Of a stretch of DNA of 64,000 bases, positions 25,315-39,374 are shown in pieces (position 1 is the stretch's first letter; the number at the start of each line of letters is the position of its first letter). A program made the position numbers and the translations under genes. The stretch lies in contig OX597818.1 in NCBI GenBank assembly GCA_951406725.2, positions 57,846,001 to 57,910,000 on the forward strand, given 5' to 3'. The stretch comes from Octopus vulgaris (taxonomy: Eukaryota). Below the pieces are notes generated by a model that made no database searches, had not been told where the DNA came from, and saw only the letters and a list, made by a program, of their open reading frames with translations.

Positions 25315-25360
<46 letters not shown>

Positions 25361-25790
25361 ATATTTACATATACACTATATTCTGTGTATATTTATATAT
25401 ACATACTTGCATGTATTAGTTCAGGGAAAGCATTTAAGAAAGGTTAAAAGCGGTACAATCTATTCTGGAAGGTACCGAATACTCAACATTAAAAGATCTT
25501 CAAATAAACGATATAAATATCTGTGTGTGTATGCGGCTATGATTTTATGTTTCACGAATGTTTTCTACACGAAAGGTTGTAAGTTCTTTATATTAGAAAA
25601 TGTTATAAAAAATCCTTAAAATACAAATGAAAATATGAAGAAAAAGTCACCATAGCATTTATTTCAAATTTTATGTTTGTACTGCCGGGTATTTCCTGAA
25701 TATTTAGCAGTAAAATCTACCGGGGAGCATCAACTAGAGTACTTTAGTGTATGTGTATGTGTGCGTGTGTTTGCGTGTGTTATGTGTACG

Positions 25791-25833
<43 letters not shown>

Positions 25834-28800
25834 ATGCATTGAAACATATTACGGGAATATATATGATGAAAGTTAAAAGGTCGAAGCTATCAGTTAACAT
25901 TTATTTACTATAGTATAACGTAATAACTAGTCCTTCAGTTTAATGTTTAATGGTTTTTGATATAAAATTCGATACAAAAACGAACATTAATGTATTTGTG
26001 TGTGTGTTTGTATGCACGTAAGTTTTAGAAAAGAAATGAAGAAAGGCGCTATTATTTTTGGCTAATATCTTCACTTTCAATTTAATATTCACAAGTAGTG
26101 TTCGATAAAGTAATATTAAAAATAAATTTTGATGACCATCATATACAACAGAAATGCCTCGCAACGTGTTTTCAAGATTCCTTTGAATCTTGGTGATTGA
26201 ATGCCGGGGAAATGAGAGACCTATTTTTGTGTACATTGCAATGATTGTTAGTTTCCAAAGAAAATGTTTTCAAACAATAATCTGAATGAATACAGACGGT
26301 TCTTAGAAAAGTACATATTGAAAAAAAAATATGAATGACAGCAATTGAATATAACTTACCAAATTTTAAAAATATTTTTTATAAACATAACATTTAAAAT
26401 ACATTCTGTAAATTTGTAAAATGCATTTACGATAAACAAAAAATAATTTTAAAAAAGAAATAACTTTTTATTTAAGGAACAAAGTGCCACTATATTCGTT
26501 TTGGTTTCGGAAAAAACATTCAGAATCTATCATTTTTACATTGATTTTTTTTTGATGATTAGTAATTTTAAGTCTAGCTTTACACTTCTGAAGCTGATAT
26601 CAGTAGTCAGCTTTAAACCTTGAATCATGAAGCGATTGGACTTTGTTTTAATATGAATGACATGGCTGTTGAATCGAAATTTATATTTCATATGATATGA
26701 ATGATGCAAGCATACTATACATCGCATCTTATTCCTAATTTCATTTGCTGATCTCTGGGCGATATAAGTCTATAAAAAGAAATCATAATGAAGAATATTT
26801 AAATGGAAAAAAAAGACAGGCTTTCATATGTTAAATAATTATGAGAGATAACTCGTAAAATAAATTCAGGTAAAATAAAAGTTCATGTTCAAAACACATA
26901 TATAACAGTTGTAAGATTCCATATGTGTTGAATAAAAATTTGAAAGACGCATGCATATGATAAACACACCATATACTTTCTGACATAAACAGCGAGCACC
27001 TTTGGAATTATAGAAAAAAGTTGTCGGTTTGAAATCAATTGATTCAAATTATTAAAGAAGGAATTAAGTGGCACACATAAATATTACGTTCAGAATAGTT
27101 GGTGAGATTATACTCAACAAAGTATTATTATTTTATTTCAGAATATTTTCATCTATTGTTGGAAGAACCAGTACAAACCAGTACATATATACGCACACGC
27201 ACATATATCTATATACAGATATACGTACATACACTCACACACGCGCACACATACAAATATGAATATTTTATGCTTTTCGCTCTTTTTCAATGAAAATTTA
27301 TTAATATACATATCAAAGACATAGGCAATACATATGTGTATACATTTTTGTTATGACAGTTTCAACAGTTATTATCTAAATGAAATATTCATTGAAATAT
27401 ATCTGGAACATGATGTTCTATTCAATTTTCAAGAACATATTATTTTAAAGGAAACAGAATTTTGCTTTTTCCCATATAAATTCAATATAGAAATTAAATG
27501 CTTCCCATTCATAGATGCAATAGTTGAATTTGACCTCATTTTCCAAAATGTCCGCACAATATATTCAAATAGCCAATTGTATATCTTCAGGTATTTACAG
27601 TTTATAGCTCAATTAATAAACAGAAAATATTAAGAAATCGCAGTAGATAGGAGATTAAATGGAAAAAGTATATTGTATTAATGTATCTGCTTTTGTGAAT
27701 ATGTCTTCAGAGATTATGTAACGTTGTTTCGTTTGTAAATAACTATTCATTTTAATTTGTTTTACATTAATATTACTTTTAGCTGTTTTTAGTGGCTGAA
27801 ATAAAAATAAAATCACATTATGTTGTTACGAAGAGCCTGAATGGCTAAAAAGGAAATGATTGTAAGAATTATTTCATTTAGCAATCATTGATGAAATATA
27901 TTTTTTCGTATGAGCGTCGTTTTACATGTAGAGCATGGTAAAAACAAGATGGCCAAAATGTCATTGCATATCATCTAAGCTGTTCTCAAGAAAGTAATTT
28001 ATGAAATCATTTAAACAATCATCGATAATATTAGTCAGAAAATGTTTCGTTTCGCAGTAATTGGAGAAAATGCTTATTAAATAACTTAAATCAAACATGT
28101 TTTTCATAACTCATATTTACTGTACCAATACTTCTGAAGGATCAATAATCATTCGATTAAAATATTAACCTTGTAATCCTTTTGTCGTTACATTTCACTT
28201 CTGATGAGATCTGCTGACATCTCGGTTCATCTAACACCGCAAATTGTTCTGTATTTCTAACTATCAAACCGCATTAGTGATACTTTAAAACAGTAAGTTT
28301 TAAAATGTGCAAAATCCGCCTAAATATATCATGGAGGTGCCATATTATATTGTTTCTGGAACTTCTCGTTGCAGCTTTCTAAATGTATCTATGCATTTTT
28401 TTCATTTTCGAGAGCAAAATAGACTAGAATGAATAGAAAGTGAAATAGTTTTTCATTACAGCGTCGCCAGTCGAACTTCAAAAACCATTGTTTACCTATT
28501 TCTGCCTATAAAAATGTAGTTTCGCACAGACGGTCTGTATCCTATAAGTTCTATTGAAAAACAATCAATTCCTGCACTTTTCAAATTATCTTTCTTGTCA
28601 TAATGATGAGAAAATTTATTTGAATGTTCATTGTACTTAAAGGAGAATTTAAAACAAATAATAATATTTCAAAAAGATATGGAATACAAATTTCATAATT
28701 TATTTTTACAAGAAAAATTCTTTTCATATTTTGTAAAACAATGCGTGGCTTGTATGTTCACATGGACGTTAAATGGCGTCATTGTTCAATATTCTTCTGA

Positions 28801-29606
28801 GGGGAAACCAACCTTTCAGTCAAATTTTATTAAGAGGGTGTGTGTCATTTTTAAGCCATGCTATCACTTTGAAAATCTGGTTGCAGATGTTAAATTGTAT
28901 TGATCCTCGCTTTACGGCAATACACTCTGCGCAAAATATTCAACAATGACATTAACATCCAGAAAAGAAATACAAGCAGCAAAATCTATTTTGTGATCTC
29001 TGTACCTAATGGATATTATGTAGAAAGTGCAAATTTGTTCTAGAATATTGTGTGAATATATTAATCTCTTTAATTAACAAATTAACAGCGTCAGCATACA
29101 CCTCATCATCACCAGCCTTATCGCCCTCCTCTTCACCATTATCATCATCAACACCACTACAACATGCATCAATATACTTGTCATTGTCATGAATATCAAA
29201 TTTATAATATATCAATTGGTGTGAATTTCACTCAATTCTAAGTAATAGAAGACTAAACTCGAAAGACCGACGACACCATCGTTATATGAATCTTTATGGT
29301 TAATATCATTATGTTGATTTTCTTCCTCCTCCTCCCCCCCCATTTCAGCATCAGGATTAGCATCATAATCCTCCTCGATGTTGTCGTTTAGTCATCTAGT
29401 TCTCTTTTTTTTTTTTATCACCAATTTTATATAAGTTATGACACTTTTATATATACAGGAAGTTAAATTTACAAACAAAAGAGAAATCAATTATGTTACA
29501 TTAACAACCACCGACAATGTTGTTTCATTAAGATCAGATTAACAAAAGACCAAAAGAAATATATAAAACATAATTAAAGCATTCTCACCTGAAGAACGTA
29601 ACAGAA

Positions 29607-29825
29607 TTACTCTTTTACTCTTTACTCTTTTACTTGTTTCAGTCATTTGACTGTGGCCATGCTGGAGCACCGCCTTTAGTCGAGCAACGCGACCCCGGAA
29701 CTTATTCTTTCTAAGCCCAGTACTTATTCTATCGGTCTCTTTTGCCGAACCGCTAAGTGGCGGGGACGTAGACACACCAGCATCGGTTGTCAAGCGATGC
29801 TTGGGAGACAAACACAGACACACAA

Positions 29826-29899
<74 letters not shown>

Positions 29900-30062
29900 G
29901 ACAGGCTTCTTTCAGTTTCCGTCTACCAAATCCACTCACAAGGCATTGGTCGGCCCGGGGCTATAGCAGAAGACACTTGCCCAAGATGCCACGCAGTGGG
30001 ACTGAACCCGCAACCATGTGGTTGGTTAGCAAGCTACTTACCACACAGCCACTCCTGCGCCT
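29607..30062 (-). mobile_element. SINE family B, full-length young copy with internal (TA)n
   Basis: Complete head (forward 'gccactcctgcgcc') through to the (TTTTACTC)n tail. Confidence 0.92.
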
Positions 30063-31857
30063 ATTGTATGTCTTTTCAATATCACATACACTTAGCGGAG
30101 AGCCAATGAATATATCCTTTTAAGGTTTGCATTCGAACATGTATTCGACAGCTACTGTTGTGAATGGAGATCACACGCTCGTCCACACACACACATGCAG
30201 ACATATACAGTTATATTTGTATACACGAGAAACAGTCTTTGTTTTATGAATGTTTACACGCATGTGCAAGTTTTGGTCTTATATTTTATATTTTTAAAAT
30301 TTTCTTTACAATATTTGGGAATAATAGATTTGGTAAATATATTTGGCATCAATGTTGTTTCTTAAATTCTAGTTACATTTACATAACGTATATTTTCTCG
30401 CTAAATATTTATGAGATTTAGCTCCATGAAATAACGAGTTTACTCTGAGATTTACGCTGTTTCTATGACAGTAGCTATGTTTTAACTATTTTGACGAGTT
30501 TGCATAAGTTCTAATTTTGGTATGGTATTGCGATTTGAATATCGTCTCCATAGCGATAAAGATAAAGATTTCATTTATACATGTAAAAAATTACGCCTTT
30601 TGAGGGAATTACAGTATGGTTAAATCGTTGACATCCTACGCAGTGAACTGCCGATAGTGAACTGATGTGTTACGTTCGTCGGTGTGTATACACGCACACA
30701 TTAAATAACATAATTTTAGCCATGAGTTGGTGAGTTATGCGGTGTTGTCCACCTAACCGCAAAATACACCAGCGGTCACACTGTAAACATTTGTGGGAAA
30801 TAGGACACCTATACAAATCAGCCTCAAAAGGAGTAACTTCTAATATAAGGGAATTAACGTTCTTGGTTATATATTTGTATTTATCAGAGATAATTACAAA
30901 CATATAAACAAATTGAAAAATTAATAGAGCGATTTATCAAAATCTGCCATTCACTTGTAATCCTAGAGAAACATTATCTGTATGGAATTCCAATAATACA
31001 TTAAACATATCTTCAATGCGAATTTATATTACGTTATAATCCTTTAGAATATCTGAAACAACCTGTAACTTTCTGAGATAAAGTGTACATACCTAGCATT
31101 CGGCGCTTTAATAGGAAGAATAGGCCCACAGAAAAATGAATTCTAACTATCTGTACTTTATTAACAACCATTAATACGGTAAGAATTTAGACATTAGTCT
31201 CCACTAATTAGATTTACTTAACGATAAGATTCTAAACTTTAGAAGCAGGTACAAAGAAAGCTTAATACCTATGGCAACGTCTTAACACGTAAGTTAACAA
31301 TATTAACTGTGGCTGACTACTCATGCAGCCATATCGTTGCACTTCGTGTTCAACGTATCAAACAAAGTGGAATGGATAGCATATGAAGCAGGAATCAATT
31401 AATGTAAATGGAGCACCAACAGTCATGTAAGTTTCTGCATTGGAAGTTGGATATCTTCAAAAGTAAAATATCTTTCAGAAAAGACTAACGTTGACAAAAA
31501 GATATTTAGATGAAGTGGAACATGAAAGTTCAATACACGCCGTATATTAATGTGACAAAAATATAATACAAGGATATCTGTGAAAATGGTTGCACATTAA
31601 AGAAATTCAATTATACTATGAATTATTGATGTATAAGATTAGAATTTCTCACTACATGGATATGTAACTGACAAATATTTCGAATTATGTACTTATACCA
31701 AATAGATTAGTCGAACATGGAAAGAAATATCACACAGATTCATTATATTATTAATTTTAGGGCTTCTTTCTAATGTATATTTTGCTCACAATATTTTATT
31801 CCAACCCCAAAATTAATACGTTTTCTCATACTTTTACTACTATTAGTAATTTATCTT

Positions 31858-32742
31858 CGAATGACATCTAAAGAAACCGGAATTTTGCACTATTATTTTA
31901 TTCATTTAGTGTTACAGGTTTACACTTTTATCGCCTTCAAAGTATTCTCCGTTTGAAGCAATGCGTCGGTCCAGTTGCGTTTAACACTTTTCGAAGCAGT
32001 GCTGGAAATCTTGTGAAGTAATGCCTTTCAACGCCTTCGTCATTTTCTTCTTTTCCTCTTCTACATCTGCAAATTCCGTAGTTCCAGTTTTCGCCACCAG
32101 CGATGTCCTTCCAAAAAAAGGTCTGGAACAAATTCCAGCTGTACTTTTAATTCACGACACGTATTCAGTCGTGACTACTTTTGATCTTCCGTGAACAAGC
32201 GAGGAGCAAATTTTGAGTAACTCTATTCATTCGCTATTCCTCGCATAAAATTCGTCGGTAGGAATTCCAGGGCACGCCAGTCAAATCAGCGAATTCATTA
32301 ATTGTTTGGTGACGACGCTTTCCATGCTGTTTTCATTCGCTAGGGAGGTTGACGGTCGTCCTGAAAGAAGTTGGTCTTCATGCGACAAGTGACCATTCCT
32401 AAAATGTGAAAAACATTCGTAAGCCTGTGTTTGGCGCATGGCATCGTTTTTCTAAGCTATTTGAAGCAGGACAATTGTTTCGGCCGCCTGTTACCCCAGC
32501 GGAAAGCAGAATTTCACGGAAGCGCTTTGTTCCTTCGTTTCAGCCTCCGCGAAAATCGACGAGCAGGGGAGAAGCCCTGCAAAATAAAAACGCACCACAT
32601 GGCAGTACGAGTTCCGTGGACGCTGCCGACCGGCAGACTGATGCTGAGGGTTGCATCATTTTACTTCCTGCGGCGGAAACCTAAACTACAAAGGCTTTGT
32701 CCCATAGAGAAAGTTTCCGGTTACATTTGGGTACCCTTCGTA
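31858..32742 (-). mobile_element. Internally deleted mariner transposon relic
   Basis: Minus-strand pieces EDQLLSGRPSTS, KFAPRLFTEDQK and C-terminal ALKGITSQDFQHCFEK...IASNGEYFEGD. The catalytic middle is missing. TIR-like 'ta-cgaagggtacccaaatgtaaccggaaa' at 32714-32742 has a degenerate partner at about 31858-31884. Confidence 0.75.
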
Positions 32743-33033
32743 TGTGTCATATTTTTCCTTATAATTATCTACAAAATATATAAATACTTATGCTGCTGAC
32801 AATACCGCAGACGCGTCCTAAACCTCCCGGAATAATTTCGTAATGGTTCTGTCACTTGTAACAACACATATACAAACCTCATGGCTGGTGGCACGATAAG
32901 TGTCTGGTAACATGAAACAAGTCCATCCTCTTGGTAGAATATGACAAATATAGACTGATGAATGTCTGCAGTGTTTGTGTGTTTTCAAGCATGTGTAACA
33001 GTGTCTCAATATATATTTTGGCTATACAAATAC

Positions 33034-33453
33034 CTGTTTCTTTACTACCCACAATGGGCCAAACACAGAGGAAAAACAAGGACAGACAAACGGATTAAGC
33101 CGAGTAATCGACTCCAGTGCATAACTGGTACTTAATTTATCGACCCCGAAAGGATGAAAGGCAAAGTCGACCTCGGCAGAATTTGAACCCAGGACATAAA
33201 GACAGACAAAATACTACTAGTATTTCTTTACTACCCACAAGCGGCTAAACTTAGAGAGGACAAACAAGGACAGACAAACGGATTAAGTCGATTATATCGA
33301 CCCCAGTGCGTAACTGGTACTTAATTTATCGACCCTCGAAAGGATGAAAGGCAAAGTCGACCTCGGCGGAATTTGAACTCAGAACGTAACGGCAGACGAA
33401 ATACCGCTAAGCATTTTGCCCGGGGTGCTAACGTTTCTGCCAGCTAGCCGCCT
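33034..33453 (-). mobile_element. SINE family A, head plus two tandem bodies
   Basis: Family A consensus, with a junction at about 33220. Confidence 0.9.
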
Positions 33454-33455
33454 AC

Positions 33456-33604
33456 CAGTTTCTGTCTGCCAAATCCACTCACAAGGTTTGGTCGGTTCGA
33501 AGCTATAGTAGAAGACACTTGCCCAAGGTGCCATGCATTAGCACTGAACCCGGAAGCATGTGGTTCGTAAGAAAGCCACTTACCACATTGCCACTCCTAC
33601 GCCT
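33456..33604 (-). mobile_element. SINE family B 5' part
   Basis: 'ccaaatccactcacaagg...gaagacacttgcccaaggtgcca...ccactcctacgcc'. Confidence 0.8.
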
Positions 33605-34598
33605 TTAACATTTTTTTTTATACAAGCGTGTACGAAATGATGTGTTGAAAATTCTTTTTTGGTGAATTCATTAGGCTATTTCTTTAAAAGTTTAATCGAA
33701 ACGAATTAATTAATAGTCTCTAAGATTATATGAAGATATTTTGATTCATAGATTATTAAAGTCAAACGATTTTTCATTTTATTTAATTCTTTTTTTAGAG
33801 TTTGTTTCTCTGCTCACAGCCATTAGTTTTTTTTTTCTATGAATGCAAGTACGGATGGCGAAATAGTTCTGTTTAGTAGTTTAATATTCCTCACCATTCT
33901 ACTTAAACTGGAAGAAACATTTTTCTTCGTATCTTATCATTGAATCGCTGGCGAGTAAATTTTAAAAGATTAATGGATTTTCTTTTTTTTGAAGACAGTG
34001 AAATGGACCGTATTTTCTCGAGTCAATGGTCACTCGAATGAACATAATCCGATATCTTTCCGGTGTTTCAGTTTTCTGTTTTTGCAGAAACCATTATTTT
34101 GCTAGGGATCTTGCTAGGTCTCCGATCCAAATTTTATTTCCCCATTATCCAGTCACATAAACGCTTCTTTTGTCTTTGTATTAACGATGGCAAGAATTAC
34201 ATAATATAAGACAGGGAGAAACATATTAAGCTCTTACATAACTGAACGGTCTATATAGTAACAGTTTCACTCCAAACTCTTGGATCATGTTCTGTTTAAT
34301 AAGAGTAATGTTTCCCAAAATAAAATATAAACACTGATAATACAACATCTCGTATTTGGGTTCGTATATCGGCATCTCCTTACCTTAATCTGCTTAATAA
34401 TGCAGCGCTAAATAATTCTAAATATATCTGTGTCATTTGGAGATTCCAACACATGCATCTATCTATCTATCTATCTATCTAATTTATCTATCTATCTATT
34501 CATACACATGTTTAAATGTACACTATTTTATACATATATATGTATATATGTATGCGTGTCTGATAATGTGTGTTTGTGCGTGTGTGTAATTCTATATA

Positions 34599-34839
34599 TA
34601 TTTCTTTATTGCCCACAAGGGGCTAAACATAGAGGGGACAAACAAGGACAGACAAATGGATTAAGTCGATTACATCGACCCCCCCCACCCAGTGCGAAAC
34701 TGGTACTTTATTTATCGACCCCAAAAGGATGAAAGGTAAAGTCGACCTCGGCGGAATTTGAACTCAGAACGTAACGACAGACGAAATACCGCTAAGCATT
34801 TCGCCCGGCGCGCTAACGAGTCTGCCAGCACGCCGCCTT
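34599..34839 (-). mobile_element. SINE family A monomer
   Basis: Full head through tail. Confidence 0.9.
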
Positions 34840-34907
34840 AATTCTATATATGCATATATATGTATATTTGTTTTTGCATGTCTCTATAATGTCGAGTGTG
34901 TGTGTGT

Positions 34908-34966
<59 letters not shown>

Positions 34967-35326
34967 CGAATACTGTTTTTCTGAGATCTCCCAAATTTCA
35001 ACAGTATCTTTACTGATTTCAAGACGACAGATTATATACAAATGAAGTTTTACAATCGATACATGCTTTTTTTTCTCTCTGCAGTACCTTCTTCGCTGCC
35101 CCCTCTCGTTCTCCTTCTTTACAATTAGACATCTAGTACAGCTTTATTTTTTCCCAGAAATTATTTAGCTCTGACGACTGTCGGATGAACACACCTCATG
35201 GAAAAATAAACTGCGATGCTAATGAACCCGTGCAATGATGGTTGGTGTAACAACACTCGGGATAACAATAAAGATCAACGATCATCACAGAAATATGAAC
35301 ACGATAACAACAACAACAACAACAAC

Positions 35327-35359
<33 letters not shown>

Positions 35360-35360
<1 letters not shown>

Positions 35361-36414
35361 CTTTCAACTTTTTGCAGAAAGCCAGCAATATCGGGGAAGG
35401 ACTAAGTTGACCCCATCGGCCACAGTGCTCACCCGATACGTATTTTATAGACCTCGAAAGACGAAAGGTAATGTACACCTAGGCGGAATTTGAACTCAGT
35501 ACGTAAAGTCGGACGAAATGTTGGTATCAGTTTTGTATGACCTGCCACCTTCACAACACGAATAACAACAGCAACAATAAGAATAACAATAATAATGATG
35601 ATAATAACGATAATAATAATAATGAGAATAATGAAATAAATATCAATAATTAACAGTATTAACGTTAAGTATGATAACAGTAACAGGATCTGCATCAACG
35701 AAAAACAAAAATAACAATATTCGTCGCTAAGGCAACAATATGAACCGTAACCACCACCACCATAACAACAACAACAATAACAACAACAACAGCAACAACA
35801 ACAATAATAACAATAATATTATTATCGTTTCTAATGTAGACACCAGTCCTCAAATTTTGTTTGGGAGAGATTTAGTTTACACCATTGAATAGAAGATTTG
35901 ACTGATTTTATCTGATTGATTTTGAATAGATGAATGTCTAAGCTGACCTCGGTGGAATGTGTACAACAAAGAAACGGGAACGAACGTGGCAAGTAATATA
36001 TATTTGATTGTTTAAGTATTTGGTTGGCTCAACGGCTTAAACAAAAAAAACCATAACAATAGCAATAATAATTGTGATTTCAAATTTTTGTACACAGCCA
36101 GTATATTTAGGGAGAGGGCTTTAGTCGTTTCTTTCAGTCGTAGAAGTATCGCTTTCGTAGATCACGAAAGAATGAAATGTGGAGCCGATCTTGATGTAGC
36201 CAAGTGTTTTCTTCGTCTCGCTAACGATCGCCCAAACATAAAACCTTCTATTAGCTAGGAAATTTTGGTATGGTGTCTGGTACACGTTTTATCGACCCCA
36301 AAATGTTGAAAGGCAACGTAGACCCCGGCGGCATTTGAACTCGAAACGTAAAGATAGACGAAATGCCGCTAAGCAGTTCGCCCGGCTTGCTAACGATCCT
36401 GCTAGCTCGCCGCC

Positions 36415-36415
<1 letters not shown>
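35360..36415 (-). mobile_element. Cluster of four diverged SINE family A copies separated by (AAC)/(AAT) arrays
   Basis: Core remnants at about 35450, 35930, 36165 and 36300. The last retains the head 'gctagctcgccgcct'. Confidence 0.6.
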
Positions 36416-36474
<59 letters not shown>

Positions 36475-36512
36475 TAATTATTATTATTATTACAATTATT
36501 ATTATTATTATT

Positions 36513-36550
<38 letters not shown>

Positions 36551-36589
36551 TAATTCTTATTATTATTACAATTATTATTATTATTATTA

Positions 36590-36754
36590 CTTGTCAGTTG
36601 TTTGACCGTAACCAGTTGAGCATGTCCCTTAGAGGCTGACGATATGTGCGTCTCTGATCACGAGGAGAAGTAGGAGGGGGGGGGCATCATGGCCATGTGT
36701 TGAGAGGAATTCCTTGGGGATTGAATAATACACCTCTAGGAACATGGGTGTTTC

Positions 36755-36756
<2 letters not shown>
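36590..36756 (+). mobile_element. R4/Dong-like 3' UTR fragment inside (TAA)n
   Basis: 'ttgaccgtaaccagttgagcatgtccctt...ctgacgatatgtgc.tctctgatcacg' is the reverse complement of 14970-15120. Confidence 0.7.
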
Positions 36757-36785
<29 letters not shown>

Positions 36786-37469
36786 ATAATAATAATAATA
36801 ATAATGCGATCTAAGAAAAGCTCAGAAACAAGAAATATTTTGGTCTTTAGGAACAGTTGAATAAATCGACTTCCCTTCATGACTGGTGGTTTCATTTAGG
36901 TAAATTCGAAAGTATGATAGGCAGCATTAACCACAGCACAACATCATATAAGACCGTAGACACGAAACGAAACATAATACACGTTGTTATATGGCAGTCC
37001 TTTTCTCCTACCAGTACAGCACCTAATATACAAAATATCTGGAGCTGAGAGCTATGCAAACTCGTATTCATTTGATCAAAGCGTTGTATTACAAAACAAA
37101 TTATATTTTCGGAAGTATATCATTAACACTGAGCACTCCAACCTTCACATATGCAATACTCAGATGGATAAAAAGAAGGAGGCATCTAGGAACTTGTGTT
37201 TACTCGATTCTAATTTCAGAAGTTCCTACAGATTAATAAAGTTCGTTTGTACTGGGATTTAACAAGGAAACAATATATACATATGTTCTCTCTCTCTCTA
37301 ATACCCTCACACACACACACACGTATATATGTATATACTACAAGCGAAGTGGGAGACTGGGAAAGTTTTCTGTGTGTAGATGATTTTGAAAATGTAGTTT
37401 GCCGTTATAAGTAAGAATCTAATGCAACTTTTACACACATGCATAAACACACATGCATAAACACACACA

Positions 37470-37500
<31 letters not shown>

Positions 37501-37776
37501 AATATATCACAATATAATGTGTATACAATCTGATATTATTCTTAATTAGGAGATTTATATTATGAAACAACATTGTCAAATGCGATATATCAATGTTAAA
37601 AATTAGATTATACATAAATATTTGTGCTTTTACACGGTAATAAACATCAATAACGTAATAACGACAACATTCTAATTGTTTTGTTAAAATTTCAGAAAAA
37701 AAAGAATTTTACATGGTAATACATAAAGCAATGTAAACATGGAAAATCTGAGGAGGAGAAAGATATTTCTAGAATG

Positions 37777-38877
37777 TCATACATTGATTCCATGTGACAT
37801 GGTATTCATGACAATAGTATTTTGTTGGGTTTCTGTATTATTTCGCTTTGGTTCAAGGAGGGCGTGTCCAGTTCGACGATTCCATTTCTTTTTCGAGTTA
37901 TCAAATAATAAGCATATTTCTTTTTTGAAGTTATCATTTAGCCATCCATAGAGAAAAGGATTGATGCATGAAGAACTCATGGCAAAACTTTTAAGAAACA
38001 AGTCTGTTACTTTGAAAAACTTCCCTTTCACAAGATCGGGGTCAAATTCAACAAAAAGACTGAAAATATTCCATGGAAGCCAGCATATTGTAAAGAGTGT
38101 AACTATAGATACAAGAATCCGATTGGTCCTCTGACTTCGTCTATGCTCAGTTTTTTTCACTGGCCTGTTTTTCAAAACAGTATAGATACGGCTGTAGAGA
38201 ATTGAAGTAGCAATAATGGGAATGCAGAACTGCAGCAGAAATACAGACACTGTGTAAACTCTCCTGATTACTTCTGAAGGCCATTCTTCGCCGCATAGTA
38301 TTTTATCAAGTTGTATAGCTGGTATATTCAATACAACAAGCTTACTGTATATCACCATAGGAATAGCAGGACCAATTGCCAGAAGGGCAATCAGTAGCGT
38401 TAAGCGAAGCGCCATTTTGTTACTCATCCGCTTTCTAAAAGGATAAACAATTAGAATATAGCGATCAATTGCAATCATTAAAATACACATAGTTGAATCG
38501 TATATGGGGATAGCAAAAGAGGAATTAAATACAGTACACATAATATTGCCAAATACCCAGTTGTCGCTGAGTTGATAATGAAGCTGAAAGGGTAAATTAA
38601 AAATACACATGCCAATATCCGAGATAGCTAGGTTGGCAATGAAAATGTTTGTGACTGAATGAAATTGTTTGTTAGTCATTATTATTAAAGCTATAGTTAT
38701 GTTTCCAAAAATTCCAATTAACATGATTAGTACGTAGACAAATATTATCACAATTTTCCATTGTAATTTTTGTGTATAGTCATATTCCATCTTAATGGTG
38801 AAATTATTATCTTCAAAATAATCTTCGGATAAATTAAACTTTTGTAAAAATTCATTATATTTCAGCATGTTATCCAT
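37777..38877 (-). CDS. Class A neuropeptide GPCR, sNPF/prolactin-releasing-peptide/NPY-receptor-like, 366 aa, intronless CDS
   Basis: Seven hydrophobic segments with GN (TM1), NLAISD (TM2), W.FG..MC, IAIDRY, C.EEWPS (ECL2), CWLP and AMSS.C.NPFLYGWLNDNFKKE. N-terminal sequons NLS and NFT. First ATG at 38877 lies in a strong accATGG context; the ORF-track start at 38910 is TTG. Confidence 0.93.
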   Translation of the reverse strand: MDNMLKYNEFLQKFNLSEDYFEDNNFTIKMEYDYTQKLQWKIVIIFVYVLIMLIGIFGNITIALIIMTNKQFHSVTNIFIANLAISDIGMCIFNLPFQLHYQLSDNWVFGNIMCTVFNSSFAIPIYDSTMCILMIAIDRYILIVYPFRKRMSNKMALRLTLLIALLAIGPAIPMVIYSKLVVLNIPAIQLDKILCGEEWPSEVIRRVYTVSVFLLQFCIPIIATSILYSRIYTVLKNRPVKKTEHRRSQRTNRILVSIVTLFTICWLPWNIFSLFVEFDPDLVKGKFFKVTDLFLKSFAMSSSCINPFLYGWLNDNFKKEICLLFDNSKKKWNRRTGHALLEPKRNNTETQQNTIVMNTMSHGINV

Positions 38878-39332
38878 GGTTATAGTTACGGTAAGCAAAG
38901 AACCAATCAATCAATCAATCAATCAATCAACCAATGTCTTCTCAGTGGCTCCTTTGTCAAATCTTTCTGAAATTTATGTAGCCATATATTTTTTCTGAAT
39001 TCTGGAAAACAGTCAATTAGTGTGCTATCCGGAATATAATAACGATATATCATCAATATAATAACGAAACCAGCGGTATTAGGATGATAATTACATAAAT
39101 ATTGTTGTGTTAAAATTTTATTCAAAACAAATGTCAAAATAATGAATTATGAAAGGTTACCTTTACATTTGTATACGCGTCGGTCGTCCGAATTGCGCGT
39201 AATACAGAAACTTTCCGGTACGATATATATTGTTATTTAACATTTGCATTTGTCGATAAAAATTGAAACCAAAATAGCAGGGATGTTATTAATTCTTGAT
39301 TGGATTAACCTGCCTAAATGATTTCATAAGTG

Positions 39333-39374
<42 letters not shown>

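Noticed and set aside
28197-28300. actt-CTGATGAG...cagt-aagt hammerhead-like motif
   Set aside because: No GAAA in register with a closing stem II; too decayed to support.
29090-29180. Acidic D/E-rich minus-strand ORF
   Set aside because: Decayed (CAT)/(CAC) repeat with no convincing splice sites or domain.
38878-38910. 11-aa N-terminal extension of the GPCR in the ORF track
   Set aside because: It starts at TTG inside a tetranucleotide repeat. The eukaryotic start is more plausibly the Kozak-context ATG at 38877.
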